From assembly GCF_006345805.1 (NCBI RefSeq), contig NC_043001.1, positions 113,894,001 to 113,958,000 of the forward strand: a stretch of DNA of 64,000 bases. Direction: 5' to 3'. The translations under genes and the position numbers were made by a program. Of this stretch, positions 14,026 through 26,639 are shown one piece after another. Numbering within the stretch: the first letter of the stretch is position 1; each line of letters begins with the position of its first letter. The stretch is from Octopus sinensis (taxonomy: Eukaryota). The notes beneath the pieces were generated by a model that searched no databases, was not told where the DNA came from, and saw only the letters and a program-made list of their open reading frames with translations.

Positions 14026-15012
14026 CATATATATATATATATGCATGCACAATTTATTAACTAATTATACACATAAACACACACACACACACACACGCAT
14101 TTATATACTATTTCTAACATATACTGGTATGTGAGATGAAACTTTGAATTCAAAATTGAAGTAAATAATCTTATTAGCGACAAAAGATCTTATGAAACGT
14201 CTTATAAAATTGAGAGCCAATCAAACAATAATTTATGCAATATCACGGACTTTTTTCGAGTTACATAACAGAGAAAATAAATAGACAAAAGTTACAAAAG
14301 GAAAAAAATCTGTTCTTGACCAGAGAACTTAATAAATTCTGACATGTGAATGACAGTTGTCATTGCTACCGGTGAATACTTGAGAACTAACTGATTAGCA
14401 GTCAGGGGGACATCATACCAAATAATGCGAAACTCAAACAGTCTGGTGTTCTGTTGTTCATTGAGATTCATTTTAAAAGACCTACGGAGGTTTTGTAGAC
14501 AGTTGAACAATAATTCTCATAATGTGAGAGCGTTGTCTTGATCAAAGTGAAACATAATTGGGATATTAAGAATAAGCAACTGTAATAACTCTAGTAGCGG
14601 CAGTTTCAGAAGGCCAATTATTGAAGAATACTAAGAACAAATATCATTAACAACAGCGCCATCATCAAAGAGAAGACAAGCAACTAAGTAAACATATAAA
14701 TAAAAACAACTCCGCTAAAAAGAACAACGATAACAGTGATAAGACTAATAAAAACAAATATTAGAAGAAATAGAGTGAACATAGAAATGTTCTTATTCAA
14801 TCTAAGCTTTTCACGCAAACACTCGTCAACGGATGCAAACACACAATCACGCATAGAAGCATGCGCAAGAAAAGCGCGTAGTGGCATGTCGAACCAAACT
14901 TCTTGCAAATCCACACAGAAACCACGTGTGTGTGTGTGCGTGTGCAAGCGTGTGTATATGTGTGTGTGTATGTATATATAAGTATATATATGTGCACATA
15001 TATATGCTTATA

Positions 15013-15064
<52 letters not shown>

Positions 15065-15069
15065 ATATC

Positions 15070-15112
<43 letters not shown>

Positions 15113-15271
15113 GTGTATATTGTGTATACAGATATACACCCACACATGTACGCATAAAATTTCGTTAATCAATAGATTCGCAACAGTTTCTGTATTGAAT
15201 GCTTTCTCTGAGAATGTAGTCCGCCACGTTATCTTTTTAATTTGGTACATACAACGTACACGCACGCACGC

Positions 15272-15350
<79 letters not shown>

Positions 15351-15552
15351 CACAAAACATTCTTTCCAAAAACACACCTAAAGACAAGATGGATATTGAT
15401 TCTCAATTCTATTAGAGAGTTAATATAATTACTCCCAGACACAGATACACTTATACGTACATCCATACCAAAAGTTCTATGTTAGCACGTAAACAGAACC
15501 ACACGTACTTGAAATACAATACTAATACACATATGCACTGAATTAAAGAGAA

Positions 15553-16441
15553 TTTATAGGTTTGATCAATAAGTATCCGGACTGCTGCCATAGTAATGAA
15601 GATAAAGCACGCAGAGTGAAGCCGCCAGGCACAAATTGACCTTGAACGCGCTGTATATGTGCCTTAAGTTTTAACGTACTAGCACACTTCTCCTGTTTAC
15701 AGCAATGCTTGGAAAGAACGTGTGTAGCATGTGATTGTCGCATTGACCATGCCAGAGTAAGTTGTCATGGCGATACCTGCTCAGAAGCCTGCGAAAAGTT
15801 GCAGAAATTATATGGAGAGGGATGTATGTGCCGCACACAAGTGTATGAGTAGTTCAGATGTTTCCAAGATGGCCGAAAAAATGTTGAACTTTCTCGGAGA
15901 CACGGAACCAGCAGAACTGAGAAAAACATCGCAAATGTGCGTGCAGCTGTGAGGGGAAATCGTCGAATCGCTATCCGTGAATTATCAGGGGATGTGCAGA
16001 TTAGTTACGGTTCAATTCAGCTCAACACTGCAGAAAATTTGGGTACGAGACGCGTGTCTGCGAAGTTTGTGGCAAAACTGCTTTCAGCTGACCAAAAGGA
16101 CACTTGAGTCTCAGTTGCACAAAATCTCCTTGACTGTGTTGAGAATGATAAATATTTTGAAAACTTTGTGTAGGCCTCTGAGCAGGTATCACCAAGCTTT
16201 TGGCAAAATTTGATGCAGATTCTCTGTTCAACTTTTTCTGTGATGATCAATGCGATGATCACACACTACACACATTTCCTCCAAGCACTGCTGTAAACAC
16301 CAGAAGTGAGCTATAACGTGAAAACTAAATGCGCTTGCACAGCCAGAGTTCAAGGTCAATCTGTGCCAAGCGGCTTTACTCAGCGTGCTTTAGCTTCGTT
16401 ACTATGGCTACAGTTCGGATATTTATTGATCAGGCCACGTA
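15553..16441 (+). mobile_element. non-autonomous mariner derivative with long (~250-280 bp) inverted arms
   Basis: TGATCAATAAGTATCCGGACTG on the left vs CAGTTCGGATATTTATTGATCA on the right, TA at the right end; arms 15553-15800 and 16162-16441 are both copies of the element 5' end. Confidence 0.85.
15769..16172 (+). pseudogene. mariner transposase N-terminal (HTH) fragment, 2 in-frame stops, no catalytic domain
   Basis: GDTCSEACEKLQKLYGEGCMCRTQVYE*FRCFQDGRKNVE...AAVRGNRRIAIRELSGDVQISYGSIQ...ENLGTRRVSAKFVAKLLSADQK (WVPHEL-equivalent linker). Confidence 0.88.
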
Positions 16442-16470
16442 TATACATGATGCTTACAACGTATAAACTA

Positions 16471-16703
16471 AAGGCGGCGAGATGGCAGAATCGTTAGCAC
16501 GCCGGGCGAAATGCTTTGCGGTATTTCGTCCGCCGCTGCGTTCTGAGTTCAAATTCCGCCGAGGTCGACTTTGCCTTTCATCCTTTCGGGGTCGATAAAT
16601 TAAGCACCAGTTGTGCACCGGAGTCGATGTAATCGACTTAATACCTATGTCTGTCCTTGTTTGTCCCCTCTATGTTTAGCCCCTTGTGGGTAGTAAAGAA
16701 ATA
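16471..16703 (+). mobile_element. SINE family A, full length
   Basis: GGCGGCGAGATGGCAGAATCGTTAGC...GTAAAGAAATA; possible TSD TATAAAC at 16462 and 16704. Confidence 0.92.
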
Positions 16704-17070
16704 TATAAACCATATCATACATTATAAATACATGCACAAACGCAGACAAGCATTTATAATCATAATACATTAAAAAAAAACATTCATATTCAAACACACA
16801 CATACATGCACAGACATAAAGAAAAGGTGTGCATAATGACATACAAATCCAATTAAATTGAAAAACATATAGCTACAGACGCACAAAAGCACACATTGAA
16901 ATATCGACACACATCTAGAAAAAAATATTGAGCAAGTCACGAAATTCAGGAGCATAATCATATACAAATATACAAAACAAACTTACACATAGAACATCAT
17001 TGAATAATACAGGCGTCTTTATGTACAGGAATTACGATATACACGCAGATACTCATACATACAGACATTC

Positions 17071-17102
<32 letters not shown>

Positions 17103-17439
17103 AGACACAGTTATACGCAACCAATCGCAGGGAAACACAAATCAATCAAAACACAAAACAGTAAATTCGATAACGAAATTATTGAAATTCGTGATAATAA
17201 TTGATGAGTGAAGATGGATTGTTTTTCTTTTGTTTTCTTGTTTTTTTCTTTTCTCTTTCCTTTTTTTTTTTAAAGATGTACAATGTTATAGAGTGAAATA
17301 CAACAACAATAACAATAATAATAACAACTGGTAGTGGCAGAAAGAGCAACGGCAGAAGTATAAGAAAGAAGGTGGATGAAAAGGAGGAAGAAGAAAAGAT
17401 GGAGGACAAGGCGTAGGGAAAGTTGGGAAACGAAGAAAA

Positions 17440-17514
17440 AGATGATGATGATGATGATGATGATGATGATCATGAAGAAGAAGAAGAAGAAGAAGAAGAG
17501 AAGAAGAAGAAGAA

Positions 17515-17547
<33 letters not shown>

Positions 17548-17565
17548 GAAGAAGTAGAAGAAGAA

Positions 17566-17604
<39 letters not shown>

Positions 17605-17694
17605 GAAGAAGTAGAAGAAGAAGATGATGATGATGATGATGATGATGAAGAAGAAGAAGAGAAGAAGAAGAAGAAGAAGATGATGATGATGATG

Positions 17695-17740
<46 letters not shown>

Positions 17741-17843
17741 CAGAGGATAATAAATGAAAGAAAAGGGCGAAACAATGACAAAATATCAACAAGAACAGTA
17801 ACAACAACAGCAACAACACCAAAAACAACAGCAATAATGATAA

Positions 17844-17875
<32 letters not shown>

Positions 17876-17885
17876 ATGACGATGG
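17440..17885. repeat. (GAT)n/(GAA)n compound triplet array, then (GCT)n
   Basis: direct reading. Confidence 0.95.
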
Positions 17886-17899
17886 TGGTTGTTTCTGCT

Positions 17900-18020
17900 T
17901 TTGATACAAGGCCAACATTTTGCAAGGGACAAAGTTAGTCGATACCATCGACCCTAGCACTTGACTGGCACTTTAATTTATTGACCTGTAAAGGATGAAA
18001 GAAAATGTTGACCTCAGTAG
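17900..18020 (-). mobile_element. old-tail SINE family A fragment
   Basis: ACAAGGCCAACATTTTG...AGTCGATACCATCGACCC...AAAGGATGAAAG. Confidence 0.6.
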
Positions 18021-18381
18021 GGATTCTTTGCTTCCATTCCTCCAGCATCGATAAAAATAAAATATCATTGAAGTAATGGGTCGTTATATTCGACCAACAC
18101 GATTCTCACAAACTTTTGCCTATGTAAGAAGCCATCGGTTTCTGTCGATGTTGCTATTGTTATTATTTAAATTGGCAGGAATATCATCTTTTGGTTTGCT
18201 GACAACAAGTCTCCTGAAATCCTAAGAACCTTTATTAGGATGCATGTATAATATAGGATTGTACTTTTCTAGAAGTCGACAATGCGAGTCGCGTTTCAGT
18301 CTCATAGGTAACGTGGTAAGTGCATAGGTGACACTCTGGTAAGTGCATCAATTATGAAAGAATAATTGCACTCTTAGTCAT

Positions 18382-18557
18382 CTACAGTCTCTTCAGCTGT
18401 CTGCTTAGATCCAGATATTTCCCAATTGTTCTAATTTCTACAGTATCGGTACTTTCATCATAGGGAATGGCAAAATCTGTATTCTTCGCTATTGTATTAA
18501 TTAATGGTGACTTAATCCCAATATATATCAATCCCTTAAGTAGTTGTCTGACTGTTA
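18382..18557 (-). pseudogene. possible hAT (Charlie/Buster-like) transposase fossil, interrupted by a SINE
   Basis: IKSPLINTIAKNTDFAIPYDESTDT resembles the F(S/A)xxxDE(S/T)TD first catalytic-Asp motif; short and degenerate. Confidence 0.4.
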
Positions 18558-18567
18558 TGCCGAGAAT

Positions 18568-18942
18568 TGGAAGCACTCCGTCGGTTACGACGATGAGGGT
18601 TCCGGTTGATCCGAATCAACGGAACAGCCTGCTCGTGAAATTAACGTGTAAGTGGCTGAGCACTCCACAGACACGTGCACCCTTAACGTAGTTCTCGGGG
18701 AGATTCAGCGTGACACAGAGTGACAAGGCCGGCCCTTTGAAATACAGGTACAACAGAAACAGGAAGTAAGAGTGAGAGAAAGTCGTGGTGAAAGAGTACA
18801 GCAGGGATCACCACCATCCCCTGCCGGAGCCTCGTGGAGCTTTTAGGTGTTTTCGCTCAATAAACACTCACAACGCCCGGTCTGGGAATCGAAACCGCGA
18901 TCCTATGACCGCGAGTCCGCTGCCCTAATCACTGGGCCATTG
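18568..18942 (-). mobile_element. SINE family B (OR-like), near full length
   Basis: tRNA-like head; tail ends ...GACGGAGTGCTTCCA; 10-bp TSD TGCCGAGAAT at 18558 and 18943. Confidence 0.93.
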
Positions 18943-19094
18943 TGCCGAGAATACCGCTTATAAGTAAGTGGTAGCAGTGTTGTCATTGGCGTTAATTTGA
19001 CCTGTAAGCATACTGCCTAAAGTGCTGTATGTCTCAGGCTCTTATCCTGACTTCACAGACTGTGCAAATCTTCACTACACACAATATCTTCAAT

Positions 19095-19420
19095 ATGGTT
19101 CCGGGTTCAGTCCTACTGTGTGGAACCTTGTGAGTGGATTTGGTCGATGGAAACTGAAAGAAGCCCGTCGTATATATGTATATGTATATATGTGTATGTG
19201 TGTGATTGTGTGTCTGTGTATGTCCCCCCCAACATCGTTTGACTACCGATGCTAGTGTGTTTACGTCCCCGTAACTTAGCGGTTCGGTAAAAGGTACCGA
19301 TGGAATAAGTACTAGACTTACAAAGTATAAGTCTTGGGGTCGATTTGCTCGACTAAAGGCTTTGCTCCAGCATGGTCGCAGTTACATGGCTGAAACAAGT
19401 AACATAATAAAGAGTAAAGT
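19095..19420 (+). mobile_element. SINE family C, 5'-truncated and internally deleted
   Basis: GGAAACTGAAAGAAGCCCGTCG...CCCCGTAACTTAGCGGTTCGG...GCTCGACTAAAGGC shared with 11622-12032. Confidence 0.85.
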
Positions 19421-19460
19421 GTATGCAACATCACAATAGTAGATACTATGCGATGCCTTC

Positions 19461-19491
<31 letters not shown>

Positions 19492-19611
19492 GTAACAATG
19501 AGACCAGCAGCAGCAGCAACACTAGCAACAACAACAACAGCACCACCACTACGAACAGCAGCAGCAACAACAACGACAACACCATCACCAACAGTAATAA
19601 TAAGGGTTTTA

Positions 19612-20028
19612 AAGTTTGGCACAAGGCCAGCAAAATAAGGGGGAGGGGTAAGTCGATTACATCAACCCCAATGATCAACTGGTACCTATTTTAGGACCTC
19701 GAAAGGATGAAAGGCAAAGTCAATCTTGGCGGCATTTGAACTCAGAACGTAAAAACCTACAAACGATTCTGCTAGATAACCGCAATAATCTTATCTACTA
19801 TAGGCACAAGGCTTGAAATTTTGAGAGAAGGGGATAGTCGATTGCATCGACTCCAATGCTCAACTGGGATTTACTGCATCAGCCCCGAAAGGATAGAAAA
19901 CAAGTTCGATCCCGTTCACATCCTTTCGGAGTCGATGAAATTGGTACCAGTTCAACACTGGAGTAGATGTAAGCGACCTAGTTTCCTCCTACGAAATTGC
20001 AGGCTTTGTGCAAAATTTGAGACCAATA

Positions 20029-20030
<2 letters not shown>
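19612..20030. mobile_element. cluster of three old-tail SINE A fragments (-, -, +)
   Basis: GGCACAAGGC...AGTCGATTACATC...GAAAGGATGAAAGGCAAAGTC at 19612-19790 and 19800-19910; ATCCTTTCGGAGTCGAT...CAAAATTTGAGACC(AAT)n at 19915-20030. Confidence 0.75.
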
Positions 20031-20090
<60 letters not shown>

Positions 20091-20165
20091 TACAACAACA
20101 ACAACAACAACAACAACCACAACCACCACCGCCGCCACCACCACCACCACCACCACCACAACAAC

Positions 20166-20198
<33 letters not shown>
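20030..20198. repeat. (AAT)n-(AAC)n-(ACC)n-(AAT)n triplet array
   Basis: direct reading. Confidence 0.95.
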
Positions 20199-20364
20199 CC
20201 ATGACCACAGCATTTATTTGCTTGTTCCATCTACGCCGTGTGAGCCAGTACCTTGCTGAATAATGGCCGATATTTCTGAGCCTGCTGGATTCAACACTAT
20301 CACCCTCAAGGGCTTCAATTTCATTATCACCGTTATTCACAATATTTTCCTTTCTCCTTGTCAC
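20199..20364 (-). mobile_element. possible N-terminal fragment of an R4/Dong-like ORF
   Basis: ...TRRRWNKQINAVVM next to (TAA)n resembles the R.kW...N..vM.cYy N-terminal motif I recall from such elements. Confidence 0.4.
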
Positions 20365-20840
20365 TCATATGATGTAGCGACCATCAGGTTGCGCAATTAC
20401 CTGTGGTTTTATTGGGACACCATCATTAGATATACCATCAATCGGGACACAAAAAGTACCAAATCACCTCGTTCTATTTTTAATTACTGATTATTTAAAT
20501 AAATTCTTTTTATAAGTTTTACTATGATTTACAGTTTTTATAATTGTGCAGTTTGTATATATTGGCAGGTGCCTGTCTCTTTAATTTTTTTCTCTATTGT
20601 GCTATTAATTGTGTTGTTGCAATAAAAGGTGTTGTTTACATATTCGGTTAGTCAGGGAGAAAAAAAAGATAAAATTTTCACACAAAATTGTAGATATTAA
20701 AGTTTTTGAATTTTCTACAGATTTTCGTTTGTATGTCCGGTCAGAGAAGATTGTAGTGTTTATGCAATAAAAAGGGTGTTTACATTCTTTTAATACTCAG
20801 AGAGAAACAAAAAGAAAGAAAAGAAGGCTAAAATTTTCAC

Positions 20841-21193
20841 AATGTACGCCAGTAGCCCAGAAGAAATATAAGATACGCCACGACAATATAGCCAGGCTTG
20901 TGCATTGGCCACTTTGCAATAAGTATGGACTTGACAGAGCAAGCAATTGGTACGACCACAAACCTGAAGGCATCGTCGAAAATGGAAATGCAAAGATCTT
21001 ATTGCATTTTATGATTCAGTGCGACCATGAGATAGAGAATAGGAAGCCAAATATAGTCTTAATTGAGAAAGAAAACAAACTATGCTAGATCATAGATATA
21101 GCATGCCCAGCTGACAACAAGGTATGCGATAAGGAAGAAAGAAAAGTCGATAGATATGACAGGGTAGCTTGGGAAGTTAAGCAGTTGTGGTCA
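20841..21193 (+). mobile_element. R4/Dong-like LINE fragment, RLE region
   Basis: AQKKYKIRHDNIARLVHWPLCNKYGL...WYDHKPEGIVENGNAKIL..FMIQCDHEIENRKPNIVLIEKENKLC*IIDIACPAD..V..KE..K...Y (RHD, rPD, IDIAcP, KE..K..kY motifs). Confidence 0.88.
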
Positions 21194-22070
21194 TTTGAAA
21201 TCAAAATTTAAAGCCGCAAGAAATACTGCTAAGCACTTTATTCCACGCTCTATCATCAGCTCACTGCTTTAATAACAACAACAGCAGCAATAAAAATAAT
21301 AACAACGAGGATGATGATGATGATGATGATGATGATTATTATATAAAGACTTTCCTGAAACACAGTAGACAACATTCTGCGTGTTGTAGAGATAGCTGTT
21401 CTCTTATCTCTATAGTGATTATTAAAGCTTCAAAATTTATCTATTATTTCACAAATATTTCCTTCCAATAAATATTGATTAGATTTTCACCAATTTTCCG
21501 AATTTTCTAAAGCAGAAATATTTGAATCTATTGACCAGCATGATAATAGTGGTCCTTGGTAATTCGCTTACCAAGACCGCCGATATGTCAATGTAGAATG
21601 TATATAGAAGGAAACTGTTTGAAATATCATTACGTCTTGTGAGTTGGGGTTTTTCATTAAACAGGCCTTCCCTTTGCCGTCTTAATGTTAAATGTGTTTC
21701 ATAATATGCAAAGGAAATTTGACAATAATAATGACATTTTGTAACTCTTCCAGATATGCATGGTTGATGGTAGTCTGTATGAAGAATCTGTCGATATATA
21801 TGAATGCAGAAAGGAACGTCTGCCTGGTTTGAATTGTGATTTTCAAAACGCTGAAGACATGAAAAGTTGTAATGATGATTATAAGAGCAGAGATAAGATT
21901 GGTTTTTGTCTCTTCATAGAGGGTGTACGATGTAATTTCTTCAGCGGCGCAAAGGATGCTGGAGCTGCAGTAAAAAATATCAATGAGAAAACAGAGTAAT
22001 AGACAAAATGCTGTAAGCAAGTTTTTGTGTGTAGGTGAATCAAACTATTATATCTCCTCTTTTTCTTATG

Positions 22071-22275
22071 AGGCGGTGAGCTGGCCGAATCGTTAGCACG
22101 CCGGAAGAATGCTTAGCAGCTCTTCGGCCATCTTAACGTTCCGAGTTCAAATTCCGCAGAGGTCATCTATTCGGAGATGATACAATAAATTCTAGTCTTT
22201 TACTAGGGGGACAATGTAATCGACTTTGACTCCTCCCGCCAAAATTTCAGGCCTAGTGCCTATAATAGAAAAGAT
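22071..22275 (+). mobile_element. old-tail SINE family A
   Basis: AGGCGGTGAGCTGGCCGAATCGTTAGCACGCCGG...GAGTTCAAATTCC...CAAAATTTCAGGCCTAGTGCC. Confidence 0.75.
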
Positions 22276-23604
22276 TATATCACTCTCTTACTTGCTTCAG
22301 CCTGCGAGTTTTGACCATATTGGTAGGTGGAAAATTTTCCTTTCGAATATAGAAGTTTTTTAATATTAACCCCACATTGATGAAATTATCAATAGCTGTG
22401 ATTCTAGGAGAAACTACTAAAGACTTTCGATTAAGGACTATCGATCTGCCAATTAATAACTATTGATCTAGCTGTCTGTATCTATATTTACACACACACA
22501 CACACACACCCTTATGTATCTAATTTTATCCCTTCATTTTCTTTAATTTTCTCTCTTCATTTCCTTAACCAACAATCCCACTTTTGTCGTTACTGACTTT
22601 TGCTTCATTAGGGTCAATGATATGATATCAATTTAACATGCTGGAATCGATTAAAGAAAATAATGTCTTCAGCATATTGTGCTATTCCCTGCAAGAGGAA
22701 GTTGTACACATCCTCTGTGCAGACTTTCCATTCTAGAAGTAAGGTGTTTTGTTTCTGAGACAGTATAACATCGGGCATGGAAACGAATATCAAAACCTGT
22801 TTAGTCAACATTTTCTGATATTTATAAGAGCTCGTGTCAGCATAAAGAAACATATAGCCTATTTTTTCCTATCCGTGGTCTGTGCTGGTGTTATGCACAA
22901 CTTGCGACTAATTATGACAGAAATATAAATTGTAAAAATAAAAGCAGTTTGCACTTTTATGTTATTTTCTTTTTCTGCCATACATGGCTCGTTCCATAAC
23001 TGGAGGCTTGAAACGTTTTTCTGACACGCAAAATTAGTTGGATTTGGGAAGTAGTGTAACAATGCATTTATTGATTCTTTTATATTAACGAATTGTCGCC
23101 GTGAAATTCCTGTTAGTCGTTAAAGAAAATTTGTACCGAATTAAATTAAATTCTATTGCGTTCAAAACAATGATCCATTACGGATGACTGATTAAAATAT
23201 TGGACAGATATTTCACATTTCTATGACAATGGAAATAAATTCAAGCAAAAACAAATACGCAACGAAATATTTATTAGTGACAGAGGCAGAATTAATACCG
23301 AGCGGTAGTATTTATGGCCACTTAAACGTGGATGTCTAGTTAGAACAAATGATACTACGGAATATAGCATGAGAGAAAATCTCATATGGGTTTTTGGTGT
23401 TAACGATATGATACTTGTTGTTTGTAGATACTCTATTCTTGTGGAATGTTCTGTGTTATGTGTATGCTACATACACTGATGTTAAAATATGGTCTCGAGT
23501 GCATCCAGCTGAACTTTTTTCTAACCCTTGATATTCAAAATGCACAAACCAAAAATTTCGAGGTTTATTTACAGACACGCTGAAAATCTTGTCGACATTA
23601 CTTT

Positions 23605-23740
23605 AGACTTTACGTTCTGAGTTCAAATGCCTCCGGCGTCGACTTTATCTTTCATCCTTTCGGAATCATTATAGGTCGATGTAACCGACTCACCCACCAC
23701 TCGAAATTGCTAACGTTCTGACAAAATTTGAAATCAGTAA
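23605..23740 (+). mobile_element. old-tail SINE family A fragment
   Basis: TTACGTTCTGAGTTCAAATG...GTCGACTTTATCTTTCATCCTTTCGG...CAAAATTTGAAATC. Confidence 0.65.
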
Positions 23741-23769
23741 ATTAATACAGAGAGACGGAGAGACAGACA

Positions 23770-23823
<54 letters not shown>

Positions 23824-25084
23824 GAAGCGTGAACACACATGCATAAAAGTACATGTAGAGCGGCTTTCATTTTGGTAGTTGATAATTTAATATGATATTC
23901 AGCAACTTTCTTACGTTTAGAAAGAATTATTTTAAAGTCGCACGTCACCTAAATTAAGACAAATAACAACGGGAATTTTTCTTCCACCGATGTGTTATCG
24001 AATAAGGCCTGAAATGCATACGCATCTTGAAAAGATACAGGACGGTTTCGGCGAAAAATTCTTTTCTACATTTTGTTTACTCTTGTTCACTAAAAATGGA
24101 GATAAAGGGAATATGAGAACTCGAAAGAGAAATTATCCCTACAGTGAGAACATTGATAAAGGGTACCAGCAAATACACAACCAAAACACCTGAACCGACA
24201 CACGTTTAGAATATCATAAACATTTCAGTTCATTAGTCACTTTTAGTCATCAGAGCTAAGGCCATGCAGGAGCACATCGCATACATTATGTAGAGTGGTT
24301 TCACTACGAGACGCACGAAGATGCACTTGGTTATGCAGCGAAATCTCGCAATCATTAATAATAGCAATGATTATCAATAAATGAGGTGAAAGGGAATACA
24401 GAAGATGATGAAATAATGCTGCAGTAACAGGCAGAAGAAATGAAAACAAACAGAAGAAAAAACAAAGCACAATAAATAAATAAACAATACTAAATTAATG
24501 CATCAAAACAGTAACAACAACAAACCAATCACAGTAACAACAACAACAACAACAACAACAACAAGCAGCAACAACGAAAACGATAACAATAACAGTGCAG
24601 TAACAGTTTACACACAGCAAAATCGAAATCTCATTAAAGCTTCATTGATTAAGAATTATTATTTGACTGGTTCATTACATTTTTGGAGCAAGACGAAGAC
24701 AAATGATATGGTGTCCTTAACTAGTTTTACGCGTGTTGTTATTAACTGGTGCTACATTATAGGGCGTTCTCCTTTTGTTTCTCAACATTATTATGTCTCT
24801 TTACATTGTTGTGGGAGCGGTGGTGGTGGAGGTGGTGGTGGTGGTGTGGTGGTGGTTATTGTTGTGGTGGTTATTGTTGTATTGTGTATTGAACGGAATT
24901 TTAATACGGCGATTCAGCAGGCGAATTGTTTTCGGCAATCTAAGCGCAAACTAATACGCTATCATTAAGAAAACAAAAAGCGGGGTGGTAAAAAAAAGAA
25001 AAGAAAAGAAACCCTTTAAAGGCGTCTTAAAAATATAATAACTAATACTCCCTTGGATATTGAAGTATTAGATAGTATAAATAG

Positions 25085-25170
25085 AAAGAAAAAAAAAGAC
25101 GAGATGGCCATGGCTAGAAAGCATTAGATCATACATCAGGTCGATCATCTAAACTGAATTTACATAACAA
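25085..25170 (+). mobile_element. degenerate 3' tail of an old retroposon ending in (CAA)n
   Basis: GATGGCCATGGCTAGAAAGCATTAGATCATA...; similar weak copies near 8250-8350(-), 25755-25830(-) and 27905-28100(+). Confidence 0.35.
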
Positions 25171-25177
25171 CAAATAG

Positions 25178-25272
<95 letters not shown>

Positions 25273-26039
25273 GTTACTCTGATTTCGGCTCAAAGCAAGG
25301 AATTTCGACGAGGGGGCGTGTGTTTGTCGCTTTCATCGATGCCGAATCTTGATTGTTACCTTATTTTACCAAGCTGGAATAAGAAAGGGTAAATTTGACC
25401 TCGGCAGTATGTGAATTCAGAATAAAAAGACCCAAAAACAGATATAAAAAAAAAGCAGAATATTTTTCCCGACTTCGCTATCGAATCTGTCACCTTAATA
25501 ATGAAGGCAGCAACAACAACAAAAATAGATTTTATGACAATGATGATAACGACTTATTCGCCACGATACGGCTTCCTGAAAGTCGTTTGTCAGCCATCAT
25601 CCCTGTAAATTTCTTTTAATTGTTCTTTAACTGTGTATTATTACTGCTAAAAGATTTTACAAATAATGTAGAATTGCAAGTAATGTAAAGTAATTTATTT
25701 TATTGTCAAATGTGTCACGTTTGGACTTTCCATGCTGCTGTACTGTGCCACAATTGGTCCAGTCGGCTGGAATTTGATTGAGAAGAACTACGATCAAAGG
25801 TATTCCAACCGTGACCGCTGTGACGTCTTAATTGTGTATAGTGTTTATATCAACGTAAACGTATTTCAACAAGTGTAACTTCGAGAGATTTGCCTGTTTT
25901 TTTCTAGTGAATAAATCATTTCTAGTATTGTTTGATCCAGACGTGACCTATTTAAGTATACAGTGAAGCATATTTGTGAGTCATCGTTGATACTGAAGTA
26001 TGTTGGATATATTTTAATTTTATTGCATATTAATTTATT

Positions 26040-26621
26040 GGTTTCAAATTGTGGCTCTATGCCAACAAGTTCGGGGGTTGAGGTTAGTCGATTACATCTA
26101 CCCAGTACTTGACTGGTACTTATTTTATCCACCCCCGAAAGGATGGAAGGCAAAGTCGACCTCGGCGGAATTTGAACTCAGTACGTAAAGACAGACGAAA
26201 TACTTATTTCTTTACTGCCCACAAGGGGCTACACACAGAGGAGACAAACAAGGGCAGACAAACGGATGAAGTCGATTATATCAACCCCAGTGCATAACTG
26301 GTAATTATTTAATCGACCCCGAAAGGATGAAAGGCAAAGTTGACCACGGTGGAATTTGAACTCGGAACAGAGCGGCAGACAAAATAATTATTTCTTTACT
26401 ACCCACATGGGGCTAAACACAGAGAGGACAAACAAGGACAGAGAAACGGATTAAGTCGATTATATCAACCCCAGTGCGTAACTGGTACTTATCTAACCGA
26501 CTCCGAAAGGATGAAAGGCAAAGTTGACCTCGGCGGATTTTGAATTCGGAACGGAGCGGCAGACAAAATATCGCTAAGCATTTTGCCCGGCGTGCTAATA
26601 ATTCTGCCAGCTCACTGCCTT
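26040..26621 (-). mobile_element. SINE family A head + 3 tandem bodies (young tail, young tail, old tail)
   Basis: Junctions at 26388/26389 and 26204/26205 read (minus) GTAAAGAAATA|ATTATTTTGTC and GTAAAGAAATA|AGTATTTCGTC; the last unit has the old tail ...GCCACAATTTGAAACC. Confidence 0.88.
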
Positions 26622-26639
26622 ATTTGTACATTAATTTTG

